This document shows, piece after piece, positions 11,342-23,200 of a DNA stretch of 64,000 nt. The DNA is from Rhodosorus marinus CCMP1338 (Eukaryota; Plantae; Rhodophyta). The position numbers and the translations under genes are program-made. The DNA lies in the NCBI GenBank assembly GCA_029953675.1, contig JAMWBK010000011.1, forward strand, positions 1,116,001 to 1,180,000. The letters are read 5' to 3'. Each line of letters opens with the position of its first letter. Position 1 is the stretch's first letter. The notes under the pieces were generated by a model. That model did not search any database and was not told where the DNA came from. It worked only from the letters and a program-made list of their open reading frames with translations.

Positions 11342-14146
11342 CGATCAAATCTTGCACCGACGCGGTCGGTATCCAATGCGTCCAACACTTTTCCATGCAT
11401 CAAATTCCAATCTCTCTTAAAGATTGAACAACCGTTTGCTTCCCGAATTTACTTTTTCGTAGATTCTAATCACCACTTAGTAAGTGCACGAACTGTGGCT
11501 ACGTTTTGATAGCAAAGTCTTAAACATTTTCTAAATTAGATGATAATCTAACCAATGGATGATCTTCAATTGGCGAAGTCACGTATTCGAAGATTTTGGG
11601 TTGGTTCAGTCCTAGAAATCGATATTGGTACTAATTTGTATAGTTTTTCAATTCCAATGCATTGAAATTGGTTGCGTAGGTCTCAAGGAGATGTGCTTTA
11701 ACAGCCAATGATTACGTCTCGAACAGTAAATTTTCACTATTTATATAGATGATAGTTGGGAATGCGCCAACGGTCGAAAGAGGTCAAAATCGAATGCCGG
11801 TTGTAAAGGATGTTTTTAAGTACAATATATGTCTTGAGAAGCTTATAATGTTTTCGGGACAATTCATCGATCTCGACAGCAGACACCTTTCGCTTTCGAT
11901 CCGACGGGAATTACAAAAAAAGAATTGGGTGCGATGAGCTAATGAAGACTGTCCAATTCTTCGATTATACTGGAAATTGGAAATCTTTCCGGCCCAGTCT
12001 CTCGTGACCAGCTATGGTGGTAATTTTTCCTGGCCATGGGCTTTCGTTTAATCTCCGTTCTTTCCTCCCCCCCTCAACAAAGCCTCAGTCACTAAAAACT
12101 GCTTGGTATTACTTTAAGAATATTAACCAACCCGAGGTTTATTGCGGAGAACTAAGGGGTCTAGAAAAATTAAGCCGACGCGCCTTACGATCGATTCGGG
12201 AGGGCAGTTTGTATCCGAGGTATATGACCACAGTGCCTCTACTTCATAGTTTGTTTGCCAATTGATCCTAGTTTTCAAGAGGACCAAGACCGGTTTTCCT
12301 TTGCACACCATTTTTAGGACACGGACACCTCTTATTTAGACAATTACCGACAAATTAAAAACCTGGATCGGACGCCCTTCACATGCATAGATCTTTTAGA
12401 TTAATACTTTCCTTTATTCCCAACGTTTTCTGTGATGGTGTTGCCAAATTTAAGATGAGGATTTTAATCTAGATCGATACCTATAATGAGTAAAACTTTC
12501 ACTGTTTGTTTGGAATGGGTACAAAATAGATAAAAAGGAATATCCTTATGCCGTTTGGAGAATAAATTTCGATTGTCTGCGGCGGGAATTTGATACCATT
12601 GGATTGAGGAAGAGCTTGAAAAGAGGCCGGTACGTGGGCTGCATCTGAAACTTGCAGTCGAGCGCAGATGAAGCGATTCCCTTCAGCTAAGCTGTCAGCA
12701 GGGAGCTGGGTATGTACGAAAAACACCAAATGAGGTGATAGGGGCTATCAACAAAGAGGGTAGGGTACCGAGCGACATAAATCTGGGAAGTACAATTTCA
12801 GGAGTTTTTGAGGTGGTTTTGGAACTTTGCAGAGGGAAGGTATGACGGGTGAGAAACTGCGTTTGATTCTCCTTATGCAACCCAACCGTGCAGGAAGAAA
12901 TAGAACTTGGTTTAGAGACGAACGCGCAATGCTAGGGAAGAAGTTTTCCGTTAATAGAAAACTGCTTGAGGGGTGGCGATGGTACGGAAATCGAAACTTT
13001 AATTAAAGAACAAAAACATCATTTCTCTGATGGTTTCTGGGAAGCAGTATGGCCTAATCTGACGACCTGTTTTTTGGGGGGGGGTCTGAGAAGCCAACTA
13101 AAAATTTGCCTGGACCCGGCAATTCCATATACTGGAAATTACAATAAATTCCAAGGTTTTTGCCTTTTTTACTGGTTGGCTGGTGCGCATAATGCAAGTC
13201 CTTTTTGGATTTCGCTGTTAATATGGGGGTGGGATTGAAAGTTCCAAGCTGAAGAGAGGAGGAACTTTGGTTTTGCTTGTGTGACATACAGCGTCTATGA
13301 AAAAAATAGTAAAACAAAACCTTGGGTAGGGAGGGATTCGAGGACGGATGGGGAGGGTGAATTGTGTTTGGGCAAGTTGACGATTGAGTTTTCTGGGCTG
13401 ATAATGACGATGTTGTATGAGGATCTGGTCCTAAAGAAGGACAACCGGCTCGCGGATTGAGCGAGCGTATGAAAAAGCATAGTTTTCCATAGCCTTCCCG
13501 CATTTGTATCCGAATTTTTTCGTCTCGGTGTTGGTGGAGAGATCTAGTTCTTGGAATTGGTCGTTCTTATTCTTCGCTTAATGAATTTTGTGAGTTTTCC
13601 TTTTTTGCACTGACAGGGAGCAAAGTGTGTCTGTTCTGTGAGCACCAAGAGCGCAAGGCCAGCGGGGTGGAAGAGGGGGAGCCACGTTTGTTTTTATAAT
13701 TTCGAGTTTTCTGTCGGTTCATTTGCTTTCGTTCCATAATGGGAAAGGACCACCAAGCCGCACAACACAGAGCTACATTCCCTACATTCCCATTGCAACA
13801 AACACAAAAGGAAAACCAAAAAAATTGTTTATAAGCATCACTAGAAAACACACGCCCATCGATCTGCCACAATGGAAGGGGAGGAGAGAGAGGAACGGTT
13901 GTAGGAGCGTGAAGACGAGTTTGTTTGGTGCGTTTGGTGAGAGGGTCACAGCGCGTGTTCTCGCTCAGAAACTGCGCCGGAGAGGATATGCTAATGATGC
14001 ATCGAAGTGGGCCTTCAAGAAGCCCTGATTTGTAAGGTTAGCCTGTAAATTTTAGGGAAAAACCTGTATTTATTGAGACGGGTTGGATTGCGTTGTGGAG
14101 GGGTTTGGAGTTTTTGAGGGAGCATATTTGAATAGGACAGCCTGTC

Positions 14147-17100
14147 ATGGCGATTTTTAAGGGAATGTGGTTATCGACAGCTGTCATTGCGGCGCTTTTG
14201 TTGTCGATTGTACAGTGCCAGCGTACGAACCGATTTGAGGCCATTGTGAGGGTAGACTTTGGGACGACGTTGCAGACTGGCGATGTGTCGAGGTTCTCGA
14301 GAAGGAGGTTCATTAACGGGCATGGGAATTTCAAGCCCAACGCGAGGATCCCGGAGGAGATGTTGGATTACCTTACCGAGGAGCTCAAGGTTTCGTTCAG
14401 TCGTTCGAGCGCTGGGCCGTTTCGGGGTGGCAACTTTCCCGACAGGACGACTTCAGCGCAGATTGAGACGGACGGACAGAAAGATCTGTTCCTGAAGACG
14501 TGCAAGTCGTGTAATCGATATCGACTGAGGTTCGTCAGCGACGAAAGGATCGTAACTGACAGTCCGTACCTCATACCAGAGCTGACGAAGACCAGCGCTA
14601 CCACAGCGGCGGCCGCAAAGTACGCCGGAAGGTACTTCAAGCACTTCTTCACTGAGGACGATCGATTCCCAAAGCCAAAGTACTATGAATGTTACAACGA
14701 GCCAATGGGAAAGGCTCGAGAGCTGAAGAAAAAGGGGGAGTCAGACTTTGAATTTGTCAGCAGGATCTCCCAGTTTTGCTCGGACATCTGTGTCGAGGTT
14801 ATGAAGGAAAATCCGGACATGATGGTTGGTGGACCTGCCGCCGCCTTCACGAGGCCCTACTTCAAGGAGTTTGGCCTCTTCAATTCACGAATGAGGAACT
14901 GGATGGACGTGGCCGCAAAGACGAAATGCCAAACGTTCGTGTCGGAGCACCTCTACAACATCGGAGGAACCGTAGCGGACGCAAACATGGACCTGATCGA
15001 GTCGTACTCCGCGTGGCTGAGCGCGGATGGGAAGCCACAAAAGTACATCGTGAGTGAGATGGGTCAGTACGTTTCGAAGTGGTACAATAAGAGTGGATCG
15101 GCGATGGAGGCGCTGCCGGCAAGGGACTTCTCGATCATGCACGAAGCGATGCGAGTCCTGTTGTCGATGATGAGAGTGCCGGACAACGTCCTCCAGGTGG
15201 TTACTTTTATCAATCTAGAGACCATGGCAGATCGGGATATCACGAACGGTAATCGGTATCCGTGGAGTCTGATCGAAGAGAAGAGCAACGGGCGACTAGA
15301 GTGGTCACCGCTGATCAGATACTTTGAGATCTTGGAGGGTATGGATGGAGACTTTGTGTACTCCAGTTCAGACCACATGGACATCACTGTCCACGCCGTT
15401 GCGACGATGAAAGAAGGCTACATTATTATGCAGAACATCGGTTCGCGTAATGTGACCGTCACACTCGAATTCCCGTACGGCAGGGACATGATCAAGGGCT
15501 ACGAGAGAAGACGGTTGGGACTCATACAGAGGGAAAGGACCAAAGCTGAGCGGGATCAGCTGCTTAGATTTGGTGGGGACTTGCTTTGGGACACGGAACG
15601 TGTGGATGCGAACCCGGGTTTCACGACCCAGCTTCCGGATGAGATTATGGTGGAGGAGGACGAAATAACCGTCCTGAAGGTGGTATTCGATGATCCGTCG
15701 AGGGACAACAGGAGAGTCCAGAGAACCAGGCACTACCCCACGAGAATACGAGACCATACAGGAAAAGAGCCCGACTTCCCCGCGCCAATTAGCAAGAACC
15801 GGAAGATTGACTACTACTTCGAGGATGTCCCCAACACTCCCGGCGGTATGGTGGATATCAGAATCTCCCACTCGAGAAAATTTGGGCTATCGGAGAAGCC
15901 CAAGGTGTTCGTGAACAATGTAGAAGTGCCACAGGAGGACTTTAGCGACGACGTCGCAGGCGGATTCAAGCTGTTCGATGAAAACTTTTACGGCGTGTTT
16001 CTGGTTCATTATCATCTTGAGGACCTCGCGTCGAAGACTAGACCGAAGATCTCAGTCGAGTACCCAGACGATGGGGGGCTTATGGTCACGGTAGTTCTGG
16101 AAGTGACCGAATGCACCCGGTCCTCTTGCTGCGTCTTACAACACAGAAAGAACCAGGAGCCATGTAACATTCCCACCGGGGATGTGTTTACTGGGCGGAT
16201 ACGACCGAATCCCACACCCGTACCTGAGCCTACACCAACTCCGACGCCGAGGCCCGAGACTGAGGGCAACCAAGTGCTTTTGGACACGAACTTTGAATCG
16301 AGTTCTTCAAAGGCTTGGAGTCGATCCGGCGGTGCCAAGAAGCAGACAAAAACCAAGCACGGAGGCCAACGTGCCATGGAGCTGCCCTTGGGCGAAGCTG
16401 AGATAAGCCAAGAAGTGGAATTGCTTAGAGGCAAGCGCTATCGCCTGAGGTGCTATTACCTAGGGCGAGTGAAATTGAGCGTTTTCGACTCGGACGGTGC
16501 GGTCGTAGTTGGTGAAAATGAGGCCGTTGAAATTCCGTCTTCGGGCAACAGTAATAGCGCGTGGCACCGGGCCGTGCAGATATTCGACATTAGAAAGTCC
16601 GGAGCTTACAGAATTTTGATCCGTACAAAAGAGAACAACAGCGGGTATGTTGATACATGTGACCTGTATCGGATCGAGAGGCTCGGCACGCCGACGCCGT
16701 CCCCAACGCCTACGCCCACTCCGATGCCTCGAATTGTCGGAGACCAGATTTTCGATAGTCCTGGCTTTGAGTCCAGTTCGAATCCATGGGACAGGAACAA
16801 CGGTGCGAGCTATGAGAGGGCCAGCAGTCTGGTTTACAAGGGCTCCCGCAGCCTCAAGCTTGAAAAGTTCCAATCGACAACTGAGCAGTCAGTGGCGCTT
16901 CGCAAGGGAGGACGGTACCGGTTCAAGTGCTTCGTTCAGGGAGTCGTGAGGATCAAGGTGCGGCTGGGGTCGAAGACGATTGCAAGGACCACTAGTGCAG
17001 ACCTGGAGCCCTTCGAGGGAGGGCCGTGGAGCACGGTGGCCATGGTTTTTACCGTCGACTCGTACGATGATTATACCTCGCAAATCGAGAACACTAGGAA

Positions 17101-19381
17101 CCAACCAGCCTATATCGACGCCTGCACGCTTTACCACGTCGACAAAATTCCGCCGGAGAGTCCCGAGCCGACATCGAGACCCGAACCGACCACTGCCCCG
17201 AGAGAAACCGGCAGGCAGCTCCTAGCCAACGGCTCGTTCGAAGAGAGAACTGGTTGGACGTTGAAGCGGGGCGCAAAGTATCAAAAGCGGGATGAGTACG
17301 CGTTCGTCGGAGGCGATAGCGTTCAGCTTGTGGACGGATCCACCGTCGAGCAGACGGTTGCCCTTCGTGAAGGAGGAAGGTACAGAATGAGGTGTCATTC
17401 CATTGGGGATATTCGTATGGAGGTACTTGACGGTACGCGCTCCGTTACACGATCGAAGGACAGAGACATAACTCAAATTGGAGATGGCCCATGGAACGTT
17501 CTGTCCATGGATTTCAACATCAACAAGTACGACGACTTCAAGGTTAGCGTGTGGAATTTCAGGACGGAATTTGTCTACCTTGATGAATGCACGTTGTACC
17601 ACTTGGACAGGGTTCCACCGAGGACACCGACACCAGAACCAACCCCGGTGGAGACGCCAGTTCCAGTAGTGGGAGATCAACTGCTTAAGAATAGTGGTTT
17701 CGAAGGAGCCTATTCCTGGACGAGGGTGATGGCTGCCTACTTCTCGACGAACGGGGATTTTGTGCAGCGGGGCAAGCAAAGCATGAGGCTGAACAATGGC
17801 TCATCGAACATCAGGCAGAGGGTCGAACTGCGGGCGGGTGGAACGTACCGGCTGCAATGCTATGTGATTGGAAAGGTACAAGCGGAGATTCGTCGGGCCG
17901 GGGCAGCGCTTGCAAGATCGGGGGCCGGGGAGGTTGTTCTGGTTGGGAATGGTCCGTTCAGTCTACTGACCATGGACTTTGATGTTACGAAATATGGGAT
18001 ACACAGCTTGGTGTTGGCAAACGAACAGAATGACCGTTCGTTTGTTGATAGCTGCTCACTGTATAGCGTAGGGGAAACTCCACCACCGACGCAAACACCC
18101 GAGCCTACTCCGAGCGAGACCACCGCGACTACACCAAAACCTACTCCGAGCGAGACCACCACGAAGACGCCTAATCCCACTCCGAGCGAGACCACCGCGA
18201 CGACACCAAAGCCTACTCCGAGCCAGACCACCGCGACACCAAAGCCGACTCAGAGCGAGACCACCACGAAGACTCCTAATCCTACTCCAAGCGAGACCAC
18301 GACGAAGACTCCTAATCCTACTCCGACCGAGACCACGACGAAGACTCCTAATCCTACTCCGACCGAGACCACGGGACCAGTCGTGGGCGATCAGATCCTT
18401 GAGAACAATGGATTCGAGACGCGCCGTGATTGGGATTTCAAGCAAGGTGCTAGCCTTCAGGCAAGCGCAGAGTATGTGTTGAACGGGCTCAGAAGCTTGG
18501 TCCTTCCTGTCTATAGGTCAGGCGTTGAACAAACTGTGAGACTTCGAGCTGGTGGCAAATACAGACTCGTGTGCTTTACGCAGGGTGACGTAAGGATGAA
18601 GGCTTTCCTTGGTTCTCGTTTGCTTGCGAGATCGAACGAAGCGAATCGAAGAATCTGGCAAGGAGGCCCCTGGGAAACTATCAGGATGATCTTTGATGTC
18701 AACACATACGCTGACGTGAAAGTGGACGTCTACAACGGCAAGAACACAGCCGCCCGCGTGGACTCCTGTGTTCTCTATCACTTGAACGTTGTACCCCCCC
18801 CGGAGCCCACTGGGAACCCAACTGTGAACCCAACTGCGAACCCAACTGTGAAACCATCCGTTGAGCCCACGCCGGAGCCAACTCAGACCGAGACTCAGGG
18901 CCCAGATGTTACTGAAACAGAGGCTCAAACCGCACAGGCGTCAGCTACTCCTGATGTAGTGATCGTGACAGACGGAAGGGAACTATTGAGTAATCCAGGA
19001 TTTGAGGAGGGCGACGAGGACTGGACGGTTGTTTCAAGGAGGGCATGGTTCGGGGCTGTTGAGCCGAAAATAGACGGCAGTCGACGCTTGCGCCTCCTCC
19101 AATATGCCGCGGCTGTCGAACAGGCGGTTAGCCTTGACCCTGGCAGATATAGACTGTCGTGCTACGTGATCGGACCCGTCGTTTTGAAGATTTTCAGAGG
19201 AGATGAGCAACTGTTCAAGAGCCTGCCGCTGAACAAGAAGCTTTACCTTGATGGACCATGGAGCACGCTCTTCGTGAGCTTCCGAATCACTTCAGCGGAA
19301 GACTTGAAGCTGCGAATCTTTAACTCTCAGAATTCTGACAGCTTCGTTGATGGCTGCTCCCTTACCGCCGTTGCGCGCTAG
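14147..19381 (+). CDS. GH86-like paralog 3: signal peptide + catalytic module + 6 CBM-like modules with P/T linkers, 1744 aa
   Basis: Intronless ORF with YYECYNEP, VGGPAAAF, SEHLYN and IVSEMG motifs. Six ~135-aa repeats start with G(N/D/R)(Q/E)xxxxxxFE and have a CBM4/9/16/22-like signature (NxxFE...G...Q.V.L..G..Y...C...D.C). Confidence 0.88.
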   Translation: MAIFKGMWLSTAVIAALLLSIVQCQRTNRFEAIVRVDFGTTLQTGDVSRFSRRRFINGHGNFKPNARIPEEMLDYLTEELKVSFSRSSAGPFRGGNFPDRTTSAQIETDGQKDLFLKTCKSCNRYRLRFVSDERIVTDSPYLIPELTKTSATTAAAAKYAGRYFKHFFTEDDRFPKPKYYECYNEPMGKARELKKKGESDFEFVSRISQFCSDICVEVMKENPDMMVGGPAAAFTRPYFKEFGLFNSRMRNWMDVAAKTKCQTFVSEHLYNIGGTVADANMDLIESYSAWLSADGKPQKYIVSEMGQYVSKWYNKSGSAMEALPARDFSIMHEAMRVLLSMMRVPDNVLQVVTFINLETMADRDITNGNRYPWSLIEEKSNGRLEWSPLIRYFEILEGMDGDFVYSSSDHMDITVHAVATMKEGYIIMQNIGSRNVTVTLEFPYGRDMIKGYERRRLGLIQRERTKAERDQLLRFGGDLLWDTERVDANPGFTTQLPDEIMVEEDEITVLKVVFDDPSRDNRRVQRTRHYPTRIRDHTGKEPDFPAPISKNRKIDYYFEDVPNTPGGMVDIRISHSRKFGLSEKPKVFVNNVEVPQEDFSDDVAGGFKLFDENFYGVFLVHYHLEDLASKTRPKISVEYPDDGGLMVTVVLEVTECTRSSCCVLQHRKNQEPCNIPTGDVFTGRIRPNPTPVPEPTPTPTPRPETEGNQVLLDTNFESSSSKAWSRSGGAKKQTKTKHGGQRAMELPLGEAEISQEVELLRGKRYRLRCYYLGRVKLSVFDSDGAVVVGENEAVEIPSSGNSNSAWHRAVQIFDIRKSGAYRILIRTKENNSGYVDTCDLYRIERLGTPTPSPTPTPTPMPRIVGDQIFDSPGFESSSNPWDRNNGASYERASSLVYKGSRSLKLEKFQSTTEQSVALRKGGRYRFKCFVQGVVRIKVRLGSKTIARTTSADLEPFEGGPWSTVAMVFTVDSYDDYTSQIENTRNQPAYIDACTLYHVDKIPPESPEPTSRPEPTTAPRETGRQLLANGSFEERTGWTLKRGAKYQKRDEYAFVGGDSVQLVDGSTVEQTVALREGGRYRMRCHSIGDIRMEVLDGTRSVTRSKDRDITQIGDGPWNVLSMDFNINKYDDFKVSVWNFRTEFVYLDECTLYHLDRVPPRTPTPEPTPVETPVPVVGDQLLKNSGFEGAYSWTRVMAAYFSTNGDFVQRGKQSMRLNNGSSNIRQRVELRAGGTYRLQCYVIGKVQAEIRRAGAALARSGAGEVVLVGNGPFSLLTMDFDVTKYGIHSLVLANEQNDRSFVDSCSLYSVGETPPPTQTPEPTPSETTATTPKPTPSETTTKTPNPTPSETTATTPKPTPSQTTATPKPTQSETTTKTPNPTPSETTTKTPNPTPTETTTKTPNPTPTETTGPVVGDQILENNGFETRRDWDFKQGASLQASAEYVLNGLRSLVLPVYRSGVEQTVRLRAGGKYRLVCFTQGDVRMKAFLGSRLLARSNEANRRIWQGGPWETIRMIFDVNTYADVKVDVYNGKNTAARVDSCVLYHLNVVPPPEPTGNPTVNPTANPTVKPSVEPTPEPTQTETQGPDVTETEAQTAQASATPDVVIVTDGRELLSNPGFEEGDEDWTVVSRRAWFGAVEPKIDGSRRLRLLQYAAAVEQAVSLDPGRYRLSCYVIGPVVLKIFRGDEQLFKSLPLNKKLYLDGPWSTLFVSFRITSAEDLKLRIFNSQNSDSFVDGCSLTAVAR
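18085..18375 (+). repeat. Intragenic 36-bp (12-aa) tandem repeat, TPSETT(A/T)(T/K)TP(K/N)P x ~8
   Basis: Seen in both DNA and translation, between CBM-like modules 4 and 5. Confidence 0.85.
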
Positions 19382-20276
19382 TCGGTATCGACCCAGGAGC
19401 AGATGGCAAGCGAGCGTGTAAACTAGTTACTGATATCTTAATCAAGTAAATAAGAAAACATTCGATTGATTTCACGGGACTATGAACGTTGATTCAAATG
19501 ACCACGGCGCAGCACTCTATCTCCAGACGCGCCAAGTTTGTAGATGCGGAGTCCGTTTCCTGGAATTTTCAGGACTCGCTTGCGTCTTCTGACGATTGTG
19601 GTGCCAACCGGTAGAGGACAATCACCACCTCATATGCGAACACACACACTTCACCAGAGCGGCTACCTATTTTTTTTGACCGGTGGCTCACCGGCACTCC
19701 TACAGGAGGACCCCGGTGATCGAGAACTATTTCGGAAAGGTGGGGTGAGGGGCTATAGATAGATGCTCATCCCTTCCCGCTATATCCAAAACAAGGATTA
19801 AAAATTATCGTTTATTTAATGGAATAGACCTACATAACGCATTTGGTCTATATTAAGCAGGCTTAGCATAGAACGTATTTATTTCAGATCGATGTGGCAA
19901 TGAGCTAATCTCCACATAGCTCAAGCAGGAGCAAGGAGCAGGAATTTCTTAGTACCCAACCGAGGGAAGGTACCTTTTCAAACCGTTGCAAATGGAGAGC
20001 GCACAGACGTGTATGGAAAACCTGCACACTGACTGGAGCATGATTCGCGTACTCAGCGGGAAGATCTCTGTAGCCCCTTGCAGAATCCTTAGTATTAACA
20101 AGTTTTTGACCGACGTCCGGAGCTCTCTTCACCGTTCGTTTCCCATGAGCTATATCTCCATAGTACACTATCCGACTCTGTGGTCGGGCTGGCGCTCAGA
20201 GTTCATACCTGCGTGGAAGACGGTGGGTTAGTTTGAGCTTGAGTTAAGATACAACCAGAGACGTAAGTGATAGCAC

Positions 20277-23200
20277 TTACATAGCACAGCTGTCTACGTA
20301 GGTCCAGCTCGCCCGTTCCGTCTTGACGCTGACGATGTAGTTGCCATCATCGGGGGCCGTAAAATGGAGAGTCCGCTTCTCCCATCTGGTATCAAGGGAT
20401 TCGGTTCTACGATCAGTAATCACCATCACGACTCCATTTTGAATTATCCTCATGAAAACACTGGTCCTCTTCAGAAAAACACACGAAAGACTGTACTCGC
20501 CTCCCGCCTCAAGCACGACCCTCTGCTGGGCTTCGCTCATGCCAATTCGGAGTCTCAAGCTGTGGGTTCCTTGATAAACGGTTAGACTGTCGATAACCGC
20601 ACTTCCGATGAAATTCCATGGAGCAGGCTTGCCATCGTCAAAGCCTGCATTCACGAGGATCTGACCATCAACAACCGGAGTGGTGGGAACTGGTTTCTCA
20701 GAGGGACTGAGCGTTGCCGTTGGTGAGGGCGTACCCTCCGATGGCGATGTCGTGGGAGGATTCGTAGGCCGTGGCGTCGAAAGCTCTGTAGGTACCGGTG
20801 TCGGGGAATCCGTCTGCATCGGCGTCGGAGGAATCGTTGGCACTGCCGTTGGAAGGTCCGTAGGCACTGCCGTTGGAGGTTCCGTAGGCATTGCCGTTGG
20901 AGGTTCCGTAGGCAATGCCGTTGGAGGTTCCGTAGGCACTGCCGTTGGCGGATCAGTAGGTTCTGGCGTTGGGGAATCAGTAGGCTCTGGTACATCGACC
21001 TCGAAGACTTGAGCTTGGTCGACATACACGAGGTGGCCTCGTGAACTTCCAAAGCTGACCTTGTAAGTAGCCCTCGAGTCCGTTACAAACGACATCCCAT
21101 GCTCCTGCCAGCTGGGTGCTATTCTGTTCTGCGATTTTTCCTGGAACACCACGCCGCTTCCGTCACTGACGCTGATCATCAAAACACCAGGACCATAGAC
21201 CATCACTCGAATCGCATACGTAGCACCCTTTAGCAATTCCACCTCCTGCGACACGCTGCTTGTGTCGAAATCCAATTTGCACGACCTGGAACCTTCGAAA
21301 TTTCGGATTGTATCGTACCTAGCAGCACCCTCTAAGACCCATCTCTCGGATCCGCCTCCAGGTCCAAACCCTGGTGCCAAGAACAGCTGCAATGATCCGT
21401 TTGGAATCTCTGGCAATGGAGATGGCGTCGGAGTGAGCTCCGGCGTCGGAGAGCTAGTTTGTGATGGAGTTGGTCGAGGCGTATCCGTTGGAATGAATAC
21501 CGTCTCCTCCAGCGAGCAGTCATCGACAACTGCAAAGCTTGAAAATTCGGTGAACAGATTGATCTCGTACACTCCCTGCCTCAATGTCGTAAACAGCAGA
21601 GTCCTCTTCGTCCACACGGGGCCCGAATCACTGGGATCACTCTCGTTTCGAGCGATCTCCTCCCCGTTCACATCGACGCTCATTATCAGCTCCCTGTTGT
21701 TGCTCACGAAACACGTCAGCAGAAACTGTCTATTCCGCCGGAGGGCTGCTTCCTGTTTCACCCTCGAAACAGAGCGGGTCGGGAGTCTCACGCTTCTGGC
21801 TCCACTTCGTACCAGACTTGTTTCCACTCTTGCCGAACCCGAGAATACCCACGGTCCTTTTGTCCCCTTCTCAAAGTCCGGGTCCAACAACAGCGGTGCG
21901 ACTGTCGGCGTTGGCGATGGCGTTGGCGTTGGCGTTGGCGTTGGCGTTGGCGTTGGTGTTGGCGTTGGTGTTGGTGTTGGCGTTGGTGTTGGCGTTGGTG
22001 TTGGCGTTGGTGTTGGCGTCGGTGTCGGCGTTGGTGTTGGCGTTGGCGTTGGCGTTGGTGTTGGCGTCGGTGTCGGCGTTGGCGTCGGAGTTGGCGTTGG
22101 TGTTGGCGTTGGTGTTGGCGTCGGTGTCGGCGTTGGTGTTGGCGTTGGCGTTGGCGTTGGTGTTGGCGTCGGTGTCGGCGTTGGCGTCGGAGTTGGCGTT
22201 GGCGTCCGCACGAATTCAAGAAGCGAGCAGTCATCGACAATAGCGAAATCTGTAGGATCGGTGGACAGCTTGATCGTGTGGTCGCCACTTCGACTACTCG
22301 TCCAGGAAAGCGTTCTCCTCGCCCATCCGTCGGCATCTCCCGGCGGTGGATTGGATCTCGCAACGACGTTTCCACTACCTATCAATTCCATGATCAGAGG
22401 CAAATTCCTCCTAACTCTACATTCAAGTGTGTACTCGTACAACTCCGTTAGCGACACCACTTGTGTCGCCGAGTTCTGGCCCACTCGAAGCCGAAGACTA
22501 AAGAACCCATCAAGAACAACGTCAGGATCAAAGTAACCGTTCTCGACAACCCAGTTGCCCTGAGTGTTCAGCTCAAAGCTAGGATCCGCCAGAATCTGGG
22601 CTGGAGGCAGTGCAGTTGGCAATTCCGTCGGGCCAGGGCTCTGAGTAGCCTCAGGATTCACCTCATTCAGCGTACAAAAGTCAATAAAGGCCGAATCGTC
22701 CCTTCCGTTGCTAAGGCTCACAATGTGTAGACCGTTGTTTCTAGCTTCGAATTCCACGATTCTCTCACCCCATCTGGTAGTCAGCTGATTCCAATTTCTG
22801 TTGTCCGATACAACGATCTCTCCAGTTAATTCACGAGCCACGCTGATTATAAACGGACTGTTGTTCAGCACTATACATCGGATCCTATATGTGCCGTCCT
22901 TCTCCAGCTGCAAAGACTGTGAAGCGGAACCAATTCCGGGTGGAAGCCGTAGGCTTCGACTACCTTCAAACACCGTGTTTGTTTCAATCCTCGCGTTCCC
23001 AGTGTACACCCAATCTGGCCGGCTAGCCTTCTCAAAACCTGGATCCAGCAGCAGCTGAGGGCCCAGGGATGTGGTGACTTCCGTTGGCTCTGGCCCCATC
23101 GTTGGAGTGGGAGTCTCCACGCTCTCTGTAGTCTCAAACACAGTACAGTAGTCCACCAATGCGGACTCTAAGTCTCCGTTCAGTATGGCAAACTCGTGTG

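Noticed and set aside
21262-22536. 424-aa ORF with a (GV)n tract and overlapping QR/LA-repeat ORFs
   Set aside because: Antisense and alternate frames of the (TP)n linker, not silk-like or repeat proteins.
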